Program-made: the position numbers and the translations under genes
Part shown: piece after piece, positions 28,985 through 39,940 of the stretch
How positions within the stretch are numbered: the stretch's first letter is position 1
Layout: each line of letters opens with the position of its first letter
Source: Octopus sinensis
Lineage: Eukaryota
Direction: 5' to 3'
DNA: 64,000 nt
Assembly (NCBI RefSeq): GCF_006345805.1
Contig: NC_043005.1
Span: 79,422,001-79,486,000, forward strand
The notes under the pieces: generated by a model
Databases searched by the model: none
What the model was told of the DNA's origin: nothing
What the model saw: only the letters and a program-made list of their open reading frames with translations

Positions 28985-29278
28985 AGACGTTCACTTCTGC
29001 GCTAGGGCGTCGGCTGCGGAGTCATTCCGAAAAGCTCTGTCTGCGACGGTTTCATCTCGGTCGAAGGAGAGGGGCTTTCTCCGTCCGGGTTGCAGATCCG
29101 TGGAATGGGCTGCCGGACGAGATGGTGAAGATGCCGACGACCGCTCGGTTCAAAGTCTCTCTTGACCTCAAGTGGCCTGAACTATTTACATGAACACCAC
29201 CCTGTACATAACTCCATGTCCCCCTACATGGCCTTGGTTTTTGCTTTTTGAGCCAAAAAATTAACTAACTAACTAACA
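28985..29278 (+). mobile_element. CR1-type LINE 3' fragment with (CTAA)n tail
   Basis: RLRSHSEKL...FSVRVADPWNGLPDEMV...FKVSLDLKWPELFT* followed by a short UTR and the tail. Confidence 0.85.
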
Positions 29279-29281
29279 CAC

Positions 29282-29344
<63 letters not shown>

Positions 29345-29345
<1 letters not shown>

Positions 29346-32223
29346 GAGAAAGAAGCAACAAGAATGGATAGGTTTTTAGTACAATCGTTTCATACAAGGA
29401 CAGGCTTTATTAAAAGTTGCAAAAATTGCAGCATATAAACGTGTCCCGTACTCATCAGCTAAAATACATGTGAGTTCTCTAGACATCCTAGTGGTTGAGG
29501 CTATACTCATGAAGTAATGTAGATAATTAAGTAACATAAACAGATTTCCAAAGTTCATTAAAGTTCTTTAAAGATGATGTACAGTCTTATCACAGAATTT
29601 AAAAAAACCTCCCAAATATGTCCACTTTAATAGCTAAGATTAATAATAACAACATTAAACTAGCCAGGAAAAATAGAAATAAAAATAATAATATCAGCAT
29701 GAATACCAATAGCAATTATAATAATACTACCAACAATAAAAACAGCAATAGTAACTATCAAAACATGGGTGAAATTAGTTACCACAGAATGACTAATAAC
29801 ATTAACATTAATAGTAATAATAACAATACCGATATTAATAGAAGTAATAATGTTAATAATAGAAATAATAGAAATAAGGCTAATGGAGAAAATAAGGAGA
29901 ATGAAAATATAAGTGATATCTATAACAACAATATGCAGTCGGATAAAAAGACTAACAATAATAGTAACATTACCAATAATATAAGAAATCATGGTAGGAC
30001 TTTAGACCTAAAAGATGAAACAGAAGGATCAATAAATAATAGCAATACTTTAGATATCAGCACCAACTATAGAAATATTAATAACAATAAGGACAATTAT
30101 ACTCATGATAATCAAAATAATAGGAACCTAAGACATCTACCCAAGAATAATCCAAAACCTGAAGTTGTTCCTCCTGTATGTAAGTGTAGAATAAAATCAA
30201 AATGCCCGGCACCTGGTCTATGCGGGGAAAATAATGTAATCTATAAATGTACCATATCCACGGAGAATAACAAATATCTTTACATTGGATGTACAATTAA
30301 TTTTCTAGCCAGAGTTAGAAATCACATCTCGTCTTTTAAATTACGTCATAAAGCTGGTACCACCACACTTTCAAACAAAATCTGGGAACTCAAAAATAAT
30401 AATAATAATTATAACCTTAATTGGGAAATAGTTAGGAGAGCAATTCCGTATAAAAATAGCAGGGTTGGTTGCCAACTATGTTCCATGGAGACGTATGAAA
30501 TTCTAAAGCATAGAAAACATAGAAACTTATTGAATAACCATATCGAACTAGGTCAAGTTTGTGTCCACGCTAAATTGAAGACTTTAAAGTATTTTAAATG
30601 ATTAGAATATTCGTAACTAGATAGATAGATAGATATAACTTGATTTTTGCTAGTATAGCACTGCTTTAAGTAGATAACTAAGAGTTCTCACACTACAGTT
30701 ATCTTTTTCCTTATATCTGCATCAGTTTTTTGAGAGCAGGGAAATGAATAGTACTTATACGCTGCTTAATTGAGGCTTTATTTAATTTCAAACTCATAAT
30801 TTTAAATTTTTAAATCTTAATTTTAAATCTTAATTTTAATTTTTAATTTTAATTCTTAACTTAATCTAATTTAAGTAGCATAACTTTAATAAAATAAAAT
30901 GAGTTACTAAAGCCCCATAATTCTATTTCAAAATTAAATAAATAAGGCTACTCCCTCGGTGATAATATGATTATCTTCATTATGATAGACAATTCCCTAA
31001 CACCTTGTAAATGATCTAAGATTTGACCTGTAGTCCGTCAATGTATGAATAATAACGGCAACTCCTTAAGACAGTAAAATGAATAAATTAAATAAATAAA
31101 CTTTAATGACTTTTTGATAAGATTATACTTAGATTTTCCTAATGTATTTTCTTTTGATTTTAGCCTTTGACCCCTCAACCCCTAAATCCCTGACCGTGTT
31201 ATCTCTTTAGATTCTCTTTAAATTCATAGCTGCTTTCGACAGCAATAAATTAGCTGTTTTACTGGTCAAAGAATAATATTCTCCTCTAGTTCCTAGATGC
31301 CTGTAAATTAAAACCAGACTTGCCGTCTACTAATTCTTCTGTATAACTAGAACCCTCTTTTTTTCTTTTTCTCTTTTTTTCCCTTCTTTCCCTATTTCTT
31401 TCACTTTTTCTCTTTTTTCTCTTTTTTTCTTTTTCTTTTTCTTCTTCTTATTCTCTTTTTCTTTTTTTCTTTTTCCTTTTCTCTTCTCTTCTAGCCCCCC
31501 CCCTTTTGCTCCCTCCCCCTTTATTTTCTCTCTTTCCTTCTCTTTCCTTCCCTTTTCTGTTCTTTGCATCTCTAGAAAGCCCTTCAGCCTTTAAAAGTTA
31601 AATAGCTACAGTCTCTTGAAAATAGCAGTAATGTGATTAATGTGGCAAATACCTAATCATATAGCAAGAATTGATACCCACCTCATTGTGTTCAACCATT
31701 GATAAATTTATCGCCTGTGAATATGAAATTCCTCTTCATTTCTCTGGAAATTTACATCTACACCATTGGAAATTGTGCATCTATACAAAGGATTAATTCA
31801 CCCTCTCGGTAATGCTAATAAGCAAGAATTGAAACCCACCTCGTTGTGATTAGCAATGGATAAATTTGTCGTCTGTGAGTATGTAATCCCTCCTCATATC
31901 TCTGGAAATTCATATGTACACCATGGATTAAGTCACCTTCTCTGTGATGCTATTAAAACTTTTTTTTAAATTATGTGATAAGACTGTACATCATCTTTAA
32001 AGAACTTTAATGAACTTTGGAAATCTGTTTATGTTACTTAATTATCTATATTACTTCATGAGTATAGCCTCAACCACTAGGATGTCTAGAGAACTCACAT
32101 GTATTTTAGCTGATGAGTACGGGAAACGTTTATATGCTGCAATTTTTGCAACTTTTAATAAAGCCTGTCCTTGTATGAAACGATTGTACTAAAAACCTAT
32201 CCATTCTTGTTGCTTCTTTCTCG
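29345..32223 (+). mobile_element. TIR-bounded, RT-less PLE-like element encoding a GIY-YIG endonuclease
   Basis: 263-bp inverted repeats at 29345-29607 and 31961-32223 (3 mismatches seen); a single long ORF inside; left end abuts (TA)n. Confidence 0.8.
29618..30601 (+). CDS. 327-aa protein: Asn-rich N-terminus plus PLE-type GIY-YIG endonuclease
   Basis: Uninterrupted ORF; CxCx5CPx4C, VIY...YIG, conserved R (FLARVRNH), CQLC, E (METYEI), N (LLNNHIEL), CVH. Confidence 0.85.
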   Translation: MSTLIAKINNNNIKLARKNRNKNNNISMNTNSNYNNTTNNKNSNSNYQNMGEISYHRMTNNININSNNNNTDINRSNNVNNRNNRNKANGENKENENISDIYNNNMQSDKKTNNNSNITNNIRNHGRTLDLKDETEGSINNSNTLDISTNYRNINNNKDNYTHDNQNNRNLRHLPKNNPKPEVVPPVCKCRIKSKCPAPGLCGENNVIYKCTISTENNKYLYIGCTINFLARVRNHISSFKLRHKAGTTTLSNKIWELKNNNNNYNLNWEIVRRAIPYKNSRVGCQLCSMETYEILKHRKHRNLLNNHIELGQVCVHAKLKTLKYFK

Positions 32224-32357
32224 CTTATAATCACCCCACATTACTGTATTGTTAAAACCGTATAGTTTGTTTTGGTGCATCTAAGTTGGGTACCATATTC
32301 AAGTAAATTCATTTAAATTAACTTGAATCTTTATATATATATACATATATATATATT

Positions 32358-32389
<32 letters not shown>

Positions 32390-32587
32390 CATACATACAT
32401 ACATACATACATACATACATACATAGATACATACATATATATATACATATATATATATTCATATATATATATATTTATATATATTTATACATATATACAT
32501 ACATATATATATATATATACATGTGTGTGTATGTGTATATATGTTTATATACGTCCACGTATATATATATATATATATATATACGTG

Positions 32588-32843
32588 GACAAGAACCACA
32601 CCAACAACTACTCGGGCTTTGTGAGTTTTGGTCGAATGAACGTATATTTGTATGCATATGTATGTATATGTGCACACATATACATATATACATATTTGCA
32701 AGCATATATACGTATATATATGCTTGCAAATATGTATATATGTATATGTATATGTGTGCACATATACATACATATGCATACAAATATACGTTCATTCGAT
32801 CAAGACTCACAAAGCCCGTGTAGTTGTTGGTGTGGTTCTTGTC
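32588..32843. repeat. 256-bp near-perfect palindrome with no spacer
   Basis: Arms differ by 3 substitutions and one 6-bp indel; centre ATATATACGTATATAT is self-complementary. Confidence 0.92.
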
Positions 32844-33389
32844 AAAGTGATGTACGTCTTCGGTTGTCATTATTTTAAGTAGGAAAAACTTGTACAAAAC
32901 AAAATGAAAACTAAGTTATCCTAGGTCCCATGGCTTCTAAGCTGTTTAACGCGCTACAAGTATATGCTTGCAACGAGAAAGTGAATGCTCACGAACGGCC
33001 ATCAAATATATGGAAGAGAGGGCAATTAGTTCTCAGTACGTACAAGTGTAAGATATAGTCAATACACGTCAATACAAAGTTAATGGCACAGTAAATATTT
33101 TATTGAGGGAAGTTGATCACGGTCCAGTACCTAACATTAACAAACGATTCGTTACGGTTAAGAATAAGTTTCCTTCTCCCAAAGAAACCAAGTGTTATTC
33201 CGCTGGAACATCATATGCAGTGAGAGGCCCCGCTGTGCTAACTACTACCACTACACCAAAAGTCCATAACAATTTTAATCGTCAAAGAAAAATGACTTAG
33301 TATACAGAGCTATATACATATACGTATATATATATATATATACATATCCATACATATATATATATATATATTATATATATATATACATA

Positions 33390-33468
<79 letters not shown>

Positions 33469-33475
33469 ATATATA

Positions 33476-36400
33476 GTAGAAGTAACAGAAAAGAGGAATT
33501 TCGGTTGACCCCACGTGGTAGATTGTAATGTATATAAGAAAAATAAAAATAAAAACGGAAAATACGTACACTTACATGGTTATAGTATAATTTTTAATGT
33601 ATCGACCGGTTTCGCAATCACTATTCATGATGCAATGTTTAATTTATATGAAAATATGTTTTCTTAAGAAGAAAATGGGTCCATGTTGTTTATAATGAGA
33701 TTCACGAGTGAATGATTTTACAAGTTGACATGTAAAGGGAGGTAATTGGTTGTTATTATTGTTATTGTTGTCTGTGAGGGAGATAACTGATTAGGTTTTG
33801 GGTGGGGAAAATATGTGTACAGAAAGGAGATAGGTTTAAAAAAAGGGGGCCTTGTTTAGTAGGGGCTTTATGTACAGTGATGCAATATGTAAAAATATAA
33901 AAATATAAAAATTGGTTACGCGTGCTTATTCAGACGCGTTTTGTATTTTTCAATGAAAAAAGTTTCTTTATTTAAGCGTTCTAGTTGAGAGATTGTCTTT
34001 GCACTGGTAGAAAGGGAAGACGGTAAAATTTGGTTTGATGTTACCTGCACATTTTTCTATGTGTTCACTAAGAGGGATTTGTCTGTATTGCGGGAAACGG
34101 ATTTGCTCCTTATGCAGAGTAATTCTCTTTCTCAAAATTAAACTTGTTTGTCCAATGTACTGATGACTGCAACCCGAGCAGGTTATTACATAAATTAGGT
34201 TCTCAGAGGCATAGGTGAAACTAGTTTTAATTGTGAACCTCTGTCCTTGTTTGAAAAGGAAGTCCGAGCCTTCGAGCAGGTGGGAGCAGGTTCCATAGTT
34301 CGGGCGTCCACATTTTTAACCGTTGGTTTCGTGGTTGTTTTGTAAAGCTTCGCATTTGTTTGTAGTCTCTTTAGCGATTTGTCTTGTATTTTGCATTTGA
34401 TGAGTTTGTGTGTTTTCAGAATGTCGTTCATTTTTGGATCTCTAGTTAGTAAAGGGAGAGTTTGCACAATAGTGTTGAATGCCTCACTGTTTAAGGGGTT
34501 GTGTGTTGATATAAAAATAATGTTTTGGTTTGAGGTGTGGTGCTATGTTTTTTTGTTCTTAGTGTGTTTGTGTCTAATTGTTTGGCACGTTTAATTCCCT
34601 CGTCGATAAGAGAGGGTGGATATTGTCTTTCAATAAGTGTTGTTTTGAGGTCTTGAAGACGAAGGTCCCGAGTTGTTCTATCAGACACTATTGTGCAGAT
34701 CCTTTTTGCTAAGTTAAAAGGGATGTTTATTTTTATGTGTTTCGGGTGGCATGAGTTAAAAAGAAGATATTGTTTTGCGTCAGTTGGTTTATAATAAATG
34801 TCAGTTATGATTTCATTGTTGACTTTTTTTATCATGATGTCTAAAAAAGGAAGTTGTTCTTTATTATATTCCATTGTGAATTGAATGTTACTATTTATCT
34901 CATTTAGTGTTGTTTTGAATTCCAAAAGCTTGACGATGTTCTCCTTCCAGATGATAAAACAGTCATCCAATTTTCTCTTATGTAGAGGTAAAATGGGTAA
35001 CCATATTTCTGAAGTGATACTTCATATAATGTGAATTCAAAATAGCCCATTATTAGATTCGCAAGAACAGGAGCTGCTTTCGTCCCCATCGCAATTCCGC
35101 ATTTCTGACGATTGTATGTGTCATCAAACAGGCAATAATTGTTCTGAAGTATAAATTTTAAGGATTCAATAATAAAGTTCTGGTTTATGCGTTCCAGGAG
35201 GACTTCGGGGTACTTTTCCAAACATAATTTAATTGCTTTCATTCCATAGTCATGGGGGATGTTGGTGTAAAGATTGATAACATCGAAGGTGACCAATACT
35301 GCTTCTTCATTAATCGTTTTTGGTAGGTGTTCTAACATGTTTAAATCATCCCTAATAAAGCTTTTGATGTATTTCAGGAAGGGTTTCAGTAGGATGTCTA
35401 GAAAATTGCTCAGTCGGTGGGTTTCACAGGCTGGTCCAGCTACAATGGGTCTTAAAGTCAAGTCTTCTGGCGTTTGGATGTTTATATATTTGCCTGGTGA
35501 TTGTTTGCATGCTTCATTGATTATCTTGCTCTTGTGTATTTTAGGGAGGCCATAAAAAAGATTGGGTTTACATTTGAAGTTCGTGATGTAGTCTGTTTCT
35601 TTTTCTGTTAGGCCTTTTCCATGTAGAAGAATTAAGGATACAATATTTTTCATGGTTTTTTGTTGTTTATAGTTTATAATTTTTTCGTAGAAGGCCTAAT
35701 ATGGAATGTACTAGTTTTTTATAGTGTTCTGTGTCCATCAAAACTACAGCACTTCCTTTGTCAGGTCTGTGTCGTTTTTTAGTTCAGTCAGATTTTTCCA
35801 TTCTAGATTGTTGAGGTTAGGATTAATTTTTCGTTTAATGGATGTGTAGGGGAAATTTTGGATATGGTTGCAGTAGTCATCCAGTGTTTTATTCCTACCC
35901 TTATGTGGGAGGTTATTACTTCTGTTTTTGACTAGTGATTCATCTTCGTTGTCGTAGTCAGTTAGTGCTTCTGCGAGTCGTAGTTTTCTGCAGAATTCCG
36001 AAATATTGTCTTTAATTTCATTATGGTTAGCTCTTCGTGAGGTTGGGGTGAACTTTAAACCTTTGGCTAGTATATTGATTTTTGCTATGGATAGAGTTTT
36101 CTTTGATAAGTTAATGACTTTGGGTTTCTCCTGTACGTTTTGTTCCAACGTGTGTTCCTGTTTCTCTTCACTTGGTCTAAAAAATGTTGATTGAGTTTCG
36201 GTTGGTAGAATTTATTATTTGAGATATTATTGTTATTAATTAAATCAGTATTATTAGTACTTATTATATTCGGGTAGCTGGGGGTTGGTGTTGTTGCCTG
36301 GGTAAACTTGTTGGGGGCACGTGGTTAGGATTTCTTCGTTGGGGTGTTTAATTATGTTGTTTCTTCTAGATGCTGGGTAGAAAAAATTATCACTCCTTAC

Positions 36401-36747
36401 TCTAGGCTGGTTTCTTCTAGTGTTTCTAATAGATGGGTAGTTCCTGTTATTAGATAGAGAATTGCTTACTTCTAAGCGCTGGGTTACTTTACTGTGTTTG
36501 TACTCTTTTGGATTTTGATTGTTTGATCTAGGTGGATGTGTATTTATTTTTGTATATGCATTTGTTCTAGATTTTTTATGAAGGGGTTATCTGAAGTGTA
36601 GACTCTTTTAAATTAAGGAATAAGTTAATACTGTTTTCCCATCGTTGCAGGGAGTTTATTTCTTCCGTCTCACAGCTGTCTTTCCATAATTTTAAAATAC
36701 TTTCCAAAAGTTGTCCCTCAGCATGTTTGGTGAGTTCGGAGTGAAAA
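33476..36747 (-). mobile_element. Penelope-like retroelement (RT + C-terminal GIY-YIG with CCHH-type motif), frameshifted pseudogene
   Basis: KVINLSKKTLS, LAKGLKFTPT, FYGLPKIHK, LRPIVAG, VTFDVINLYTNIP, GIAMGTKAAPVLANL, DDCF, LPFLDI, YYKPTD, SCHPKH; 34310-33960 translates as ...NLIYVITCSGCSHQYIGQT...RITLH...LSEHIEKC. Confidence 0.95.
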
Positions 36748-38321
36748 TTGTTTTGGAAGTGCTTGGAATCTTGATAACAAGAGTATCTTCAATGGCTCTA
36801 GAGATTGGGAGATTGCAGGGAAGTTAACCTTTCCACCACCGCAACAAGGCGCAGGTGTCTCTCCATACCACTTCCTTGTTTTACAATGTATGCACTCAGT
36901 TGTCATTGCACCAGTAGAAATTCTAGTGCCATCTGCATAATGAACGGCTGGATCATAATTGAAAGCTGCTTCATGGAAGTTGCTTCTCTGAGCTGTTTCA
37001 ACTGCTCTTCGTTCTGCAGTGGAGACCCAATTCCTTGTCAGCCATGCATACCTCTCTTCATCACTTTGAGATGCTCTGGCTTTTGTAGTGCACAGACTGT
37101 TCGTTTCTTGGTATGCTTCCCTTTCTGCAGCTGTCTCTCTTTCCCAGGACAAAGACAATTTTTGGCTGACCTTGACAGTGTAGACATATTTGACACTTTT
37201 CTTCTAGGCATGGTTATATACGTATACAGAAATACGCGGGTGCAGAAGATAGTAAACAATGAAAGCAACCGGACAACGGAAATTAGATTTCTTAATACGA
37301 CGGGCAGAAAGTAAATAAGAAAGTTTTAGGGAAATAAAGAATTGTGCAGATTGAAGCGAAATTTGTCACTTAGTGAACCAAAGAATCAGTATCGAAGGAA
37401 CCAGAAAATAGCCATTAACAACAGAAATAGCACAAAACTATTGCAAATGTAAATAAGAATTTTTTAAGGTAATCTATTAAGTGTACCTATTTAAGCGAAA
37501 CTTCTAAAATTACTTCTGTCTGTAAATTATGAACTTACTTTTATCAGTAATTCCGTCAACAAGAAAAAAACACAAAACTTTGCAGAAGTAAATAAGAAAT
37601 TTGTAGACAAATTTAACGAAGTGTACGGATTGAAGTGAAATTTATGAAGTCACTTCTGTCAGTAAAACACTCATCTGTATTTGTGAATTTTTTCTGTCAA
37701 TAATTTGTCGGTGTTGTTTGTAAATAGCGATTGAAAACTTACATTAAAACAATAGCAATTTCACTTAAAGTGAAAACAATAGCGTCTGAAAAATGAAAGT
37801 GAAAACAATAGAGTGTGAGTGATATATAGGGATTGGGGGAGAGAGAGAGCTAGCTAGTTAAACAAATAAGATAGATGTAGATAGACATATAATATATAGA
37901 CAGATAGATACAGAGAAATACATATAGAAATATAGGTGCATAGAGAGATATAAAGAGATAGAGATTGTTAGAGAGATACAGATAGATAGAGAGAGATGAA
38001 TAGAGAGATATAGATAGAGAAATATAGACATCACTGACGCAGGAAAACCGGAATCTTTTTCAAGCGCGTGAATCTAATATAAAAAGCAAATTAATTTTTT
38101 TTATTACCAGTAAGGGAGACAATCAATTTCTGAATGTTACTTCGCAAAGAGCTACCTCCCTTCTAAACGTAACACAAGAACGGGTGTTTTCTGCTCCCAG
38201 CCGGCCGTTACTCATTATGTTCCATCCCTGGAATATAAGTAATCTATGTTCCCATTTCGGAGAAAATTAGTTGAATATTTCTGCCGTTATAGTCTTTTAC
38301 ACACACAGACAGAACGGGATG

Positions 38322-38335
<14 letters not shown>
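36748..38335 (-). mobile_element. Helitron 5' portion with RepHel N-terminus (pseudogene)
   Basis: MPRRKVSN start at 37211; AAFNYDP...GAMTTECIHCKTRKWYGETPAPCCGGGKV..P...LEPLK and DSKHFQN motifs; upstream end near 38335 resembles Helitron 5' termini. Confidence 0.85.
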
Positions 38336-38391
<56 letters not shown>

Positions 38392-38501
38392 TTTTAGTCT
38401 GTCGGTCAGGATAAATGGAATTCTTTGAAATATCGAGCCTGCGCTGTTTTACAGAAAGGAGATAAAACACAAACAAATGCGAACACACACACACATACAC
38501 A

Positions 38502-38545
<44 letters not shown>

Positions 38546-38870
38546 AATACACACACACAAATAAATATATATCTTTCTATCTCCGTTTCCTTTGTTCTAT
38601 GTCCTGTTTTTGTTACCAACTTTGACCCTCCGCAAATCACAAGTTTTATTTTGATTCGCGGGAGCTACTGCCTTGAAAGTCTCATATTGTCGCTTATTGC
38701 TCGAAATATGGAGTAAAAGGACAGCCGACAACTGATGAAGGGTCGTTGTTTTATGTTACTTGTCCTCGTTTTCCATTTCTTTCTCTCGTTCCTTACGTAC
38801 CAATGTTATTTTTGTATTTCATGTTGTCTACGTTTTATGACGTCCTGTACCCATATATATATATACATAT

Positions 38871-38921
<51 letters not shown>

Positions 38922-38923
38922 CC

Positions 38924-38999
<76 letters not shown>

Positions 39000-39000
<1 letters not shown>

Positions 39001-39230
39001 GATTGGCCGCCAGTCCATCGCAGCGTTACTGAAGAAAGAGGAAGAAAGAGTGAGAGAAAGTTGTGGCGAAAGAGTACAACAGGGGTCGCCAACAGCCCCT
39101 GCTGGAGCTTCGTGGAGCTTTAGGTGCTTTCGCCCAATAAACACACTCAACGTCTGGTCTGGGAATCGAAACCGCGATCCTCCGACCGCGAGTTCGCTGC
39201 CCTAGCCTCTGGGTCATTGCGCCTCCACTG
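39000..39230 (-). mobile_element. SINE family C
   Basis: Minus: GGAGGCGCAATGACCCAGAGGCTAGGGCAGCG...GGTTTCGATTCCCAGACC head; body shared with 43136-43310. Confidence 0.85.
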
Positions 39231-39504
39231 TCTTATTATTAATTTAGTTTAAATATCATTTCTCTGAAACAATGATCAGAGTGGTTTAACCCCAGATTAA
39301 CTCTAAAACGCAAGAAAAAAGCACGATTAATGGAGCAATGAATCTTTTGTTATGTGAAAAACTATAGTTTCTAAAATCTCTTTCTGTCTTAAAGTCACCG
39401 ATATAATTTAAGAGAGATTGTTTTGCTATTTATGCAATCATAAATGTAGATGTATCGTCAAATCATACAACGTAACTTGAGTGGGATATCAACCACAAAA
39501 CTTG

Positions 39505-39940
39505 TCATTTGCTTGTATGTATTAGTAAAGTCATCAAATAAATCCCTCATAACTTTTATTGCGTAAGATTTTACTGCTCTTTCCAGCATATTAAACAACC
39601 ACGTAGCATGCATTATTCTGAAGTAATGATTCTTATTGCTGAAGTAACAAAACTTTAAACATGATTTGAATCAACAATGAAGACTAGTTACTTGCATGTA
39701 TGTATTAGAAAAAGTATATGAAATAGATGTTTTATAACTTCCGTCGAGAAAGATTTTACTTCTATTTTCAGCAAATAAAACAACCACGTAACATATTTAA
39801 TTTCTAAATAATTGTAAGTGCAGTTGGATCAACAAAATTTAGAACCTGACTTGAGCGGAGAGTCAACAATAACATGTTGTCATTTGTTTGTAAGTAGAAG
39901 TAAAAACTATAAAACAGAAAATAGATCTGTCATGGCTTCC
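39505..39940. repeat. Old diverged tandem repeat, period about 185-190 bp (2-3 units)
   Basis: TTGC.TGTATGTATTAG...AAGATTTTACT...AAACAACCACGTA at about 39509-39605 and 39692-39790; weaker third unit from about 39885. Confidence 0.6.

Noticed and set aside
29376-29558. Twin 60-aa ORFs (also 32010-32192)
   Set aside because: A consequence of the inverted repeats; no coding evidence.
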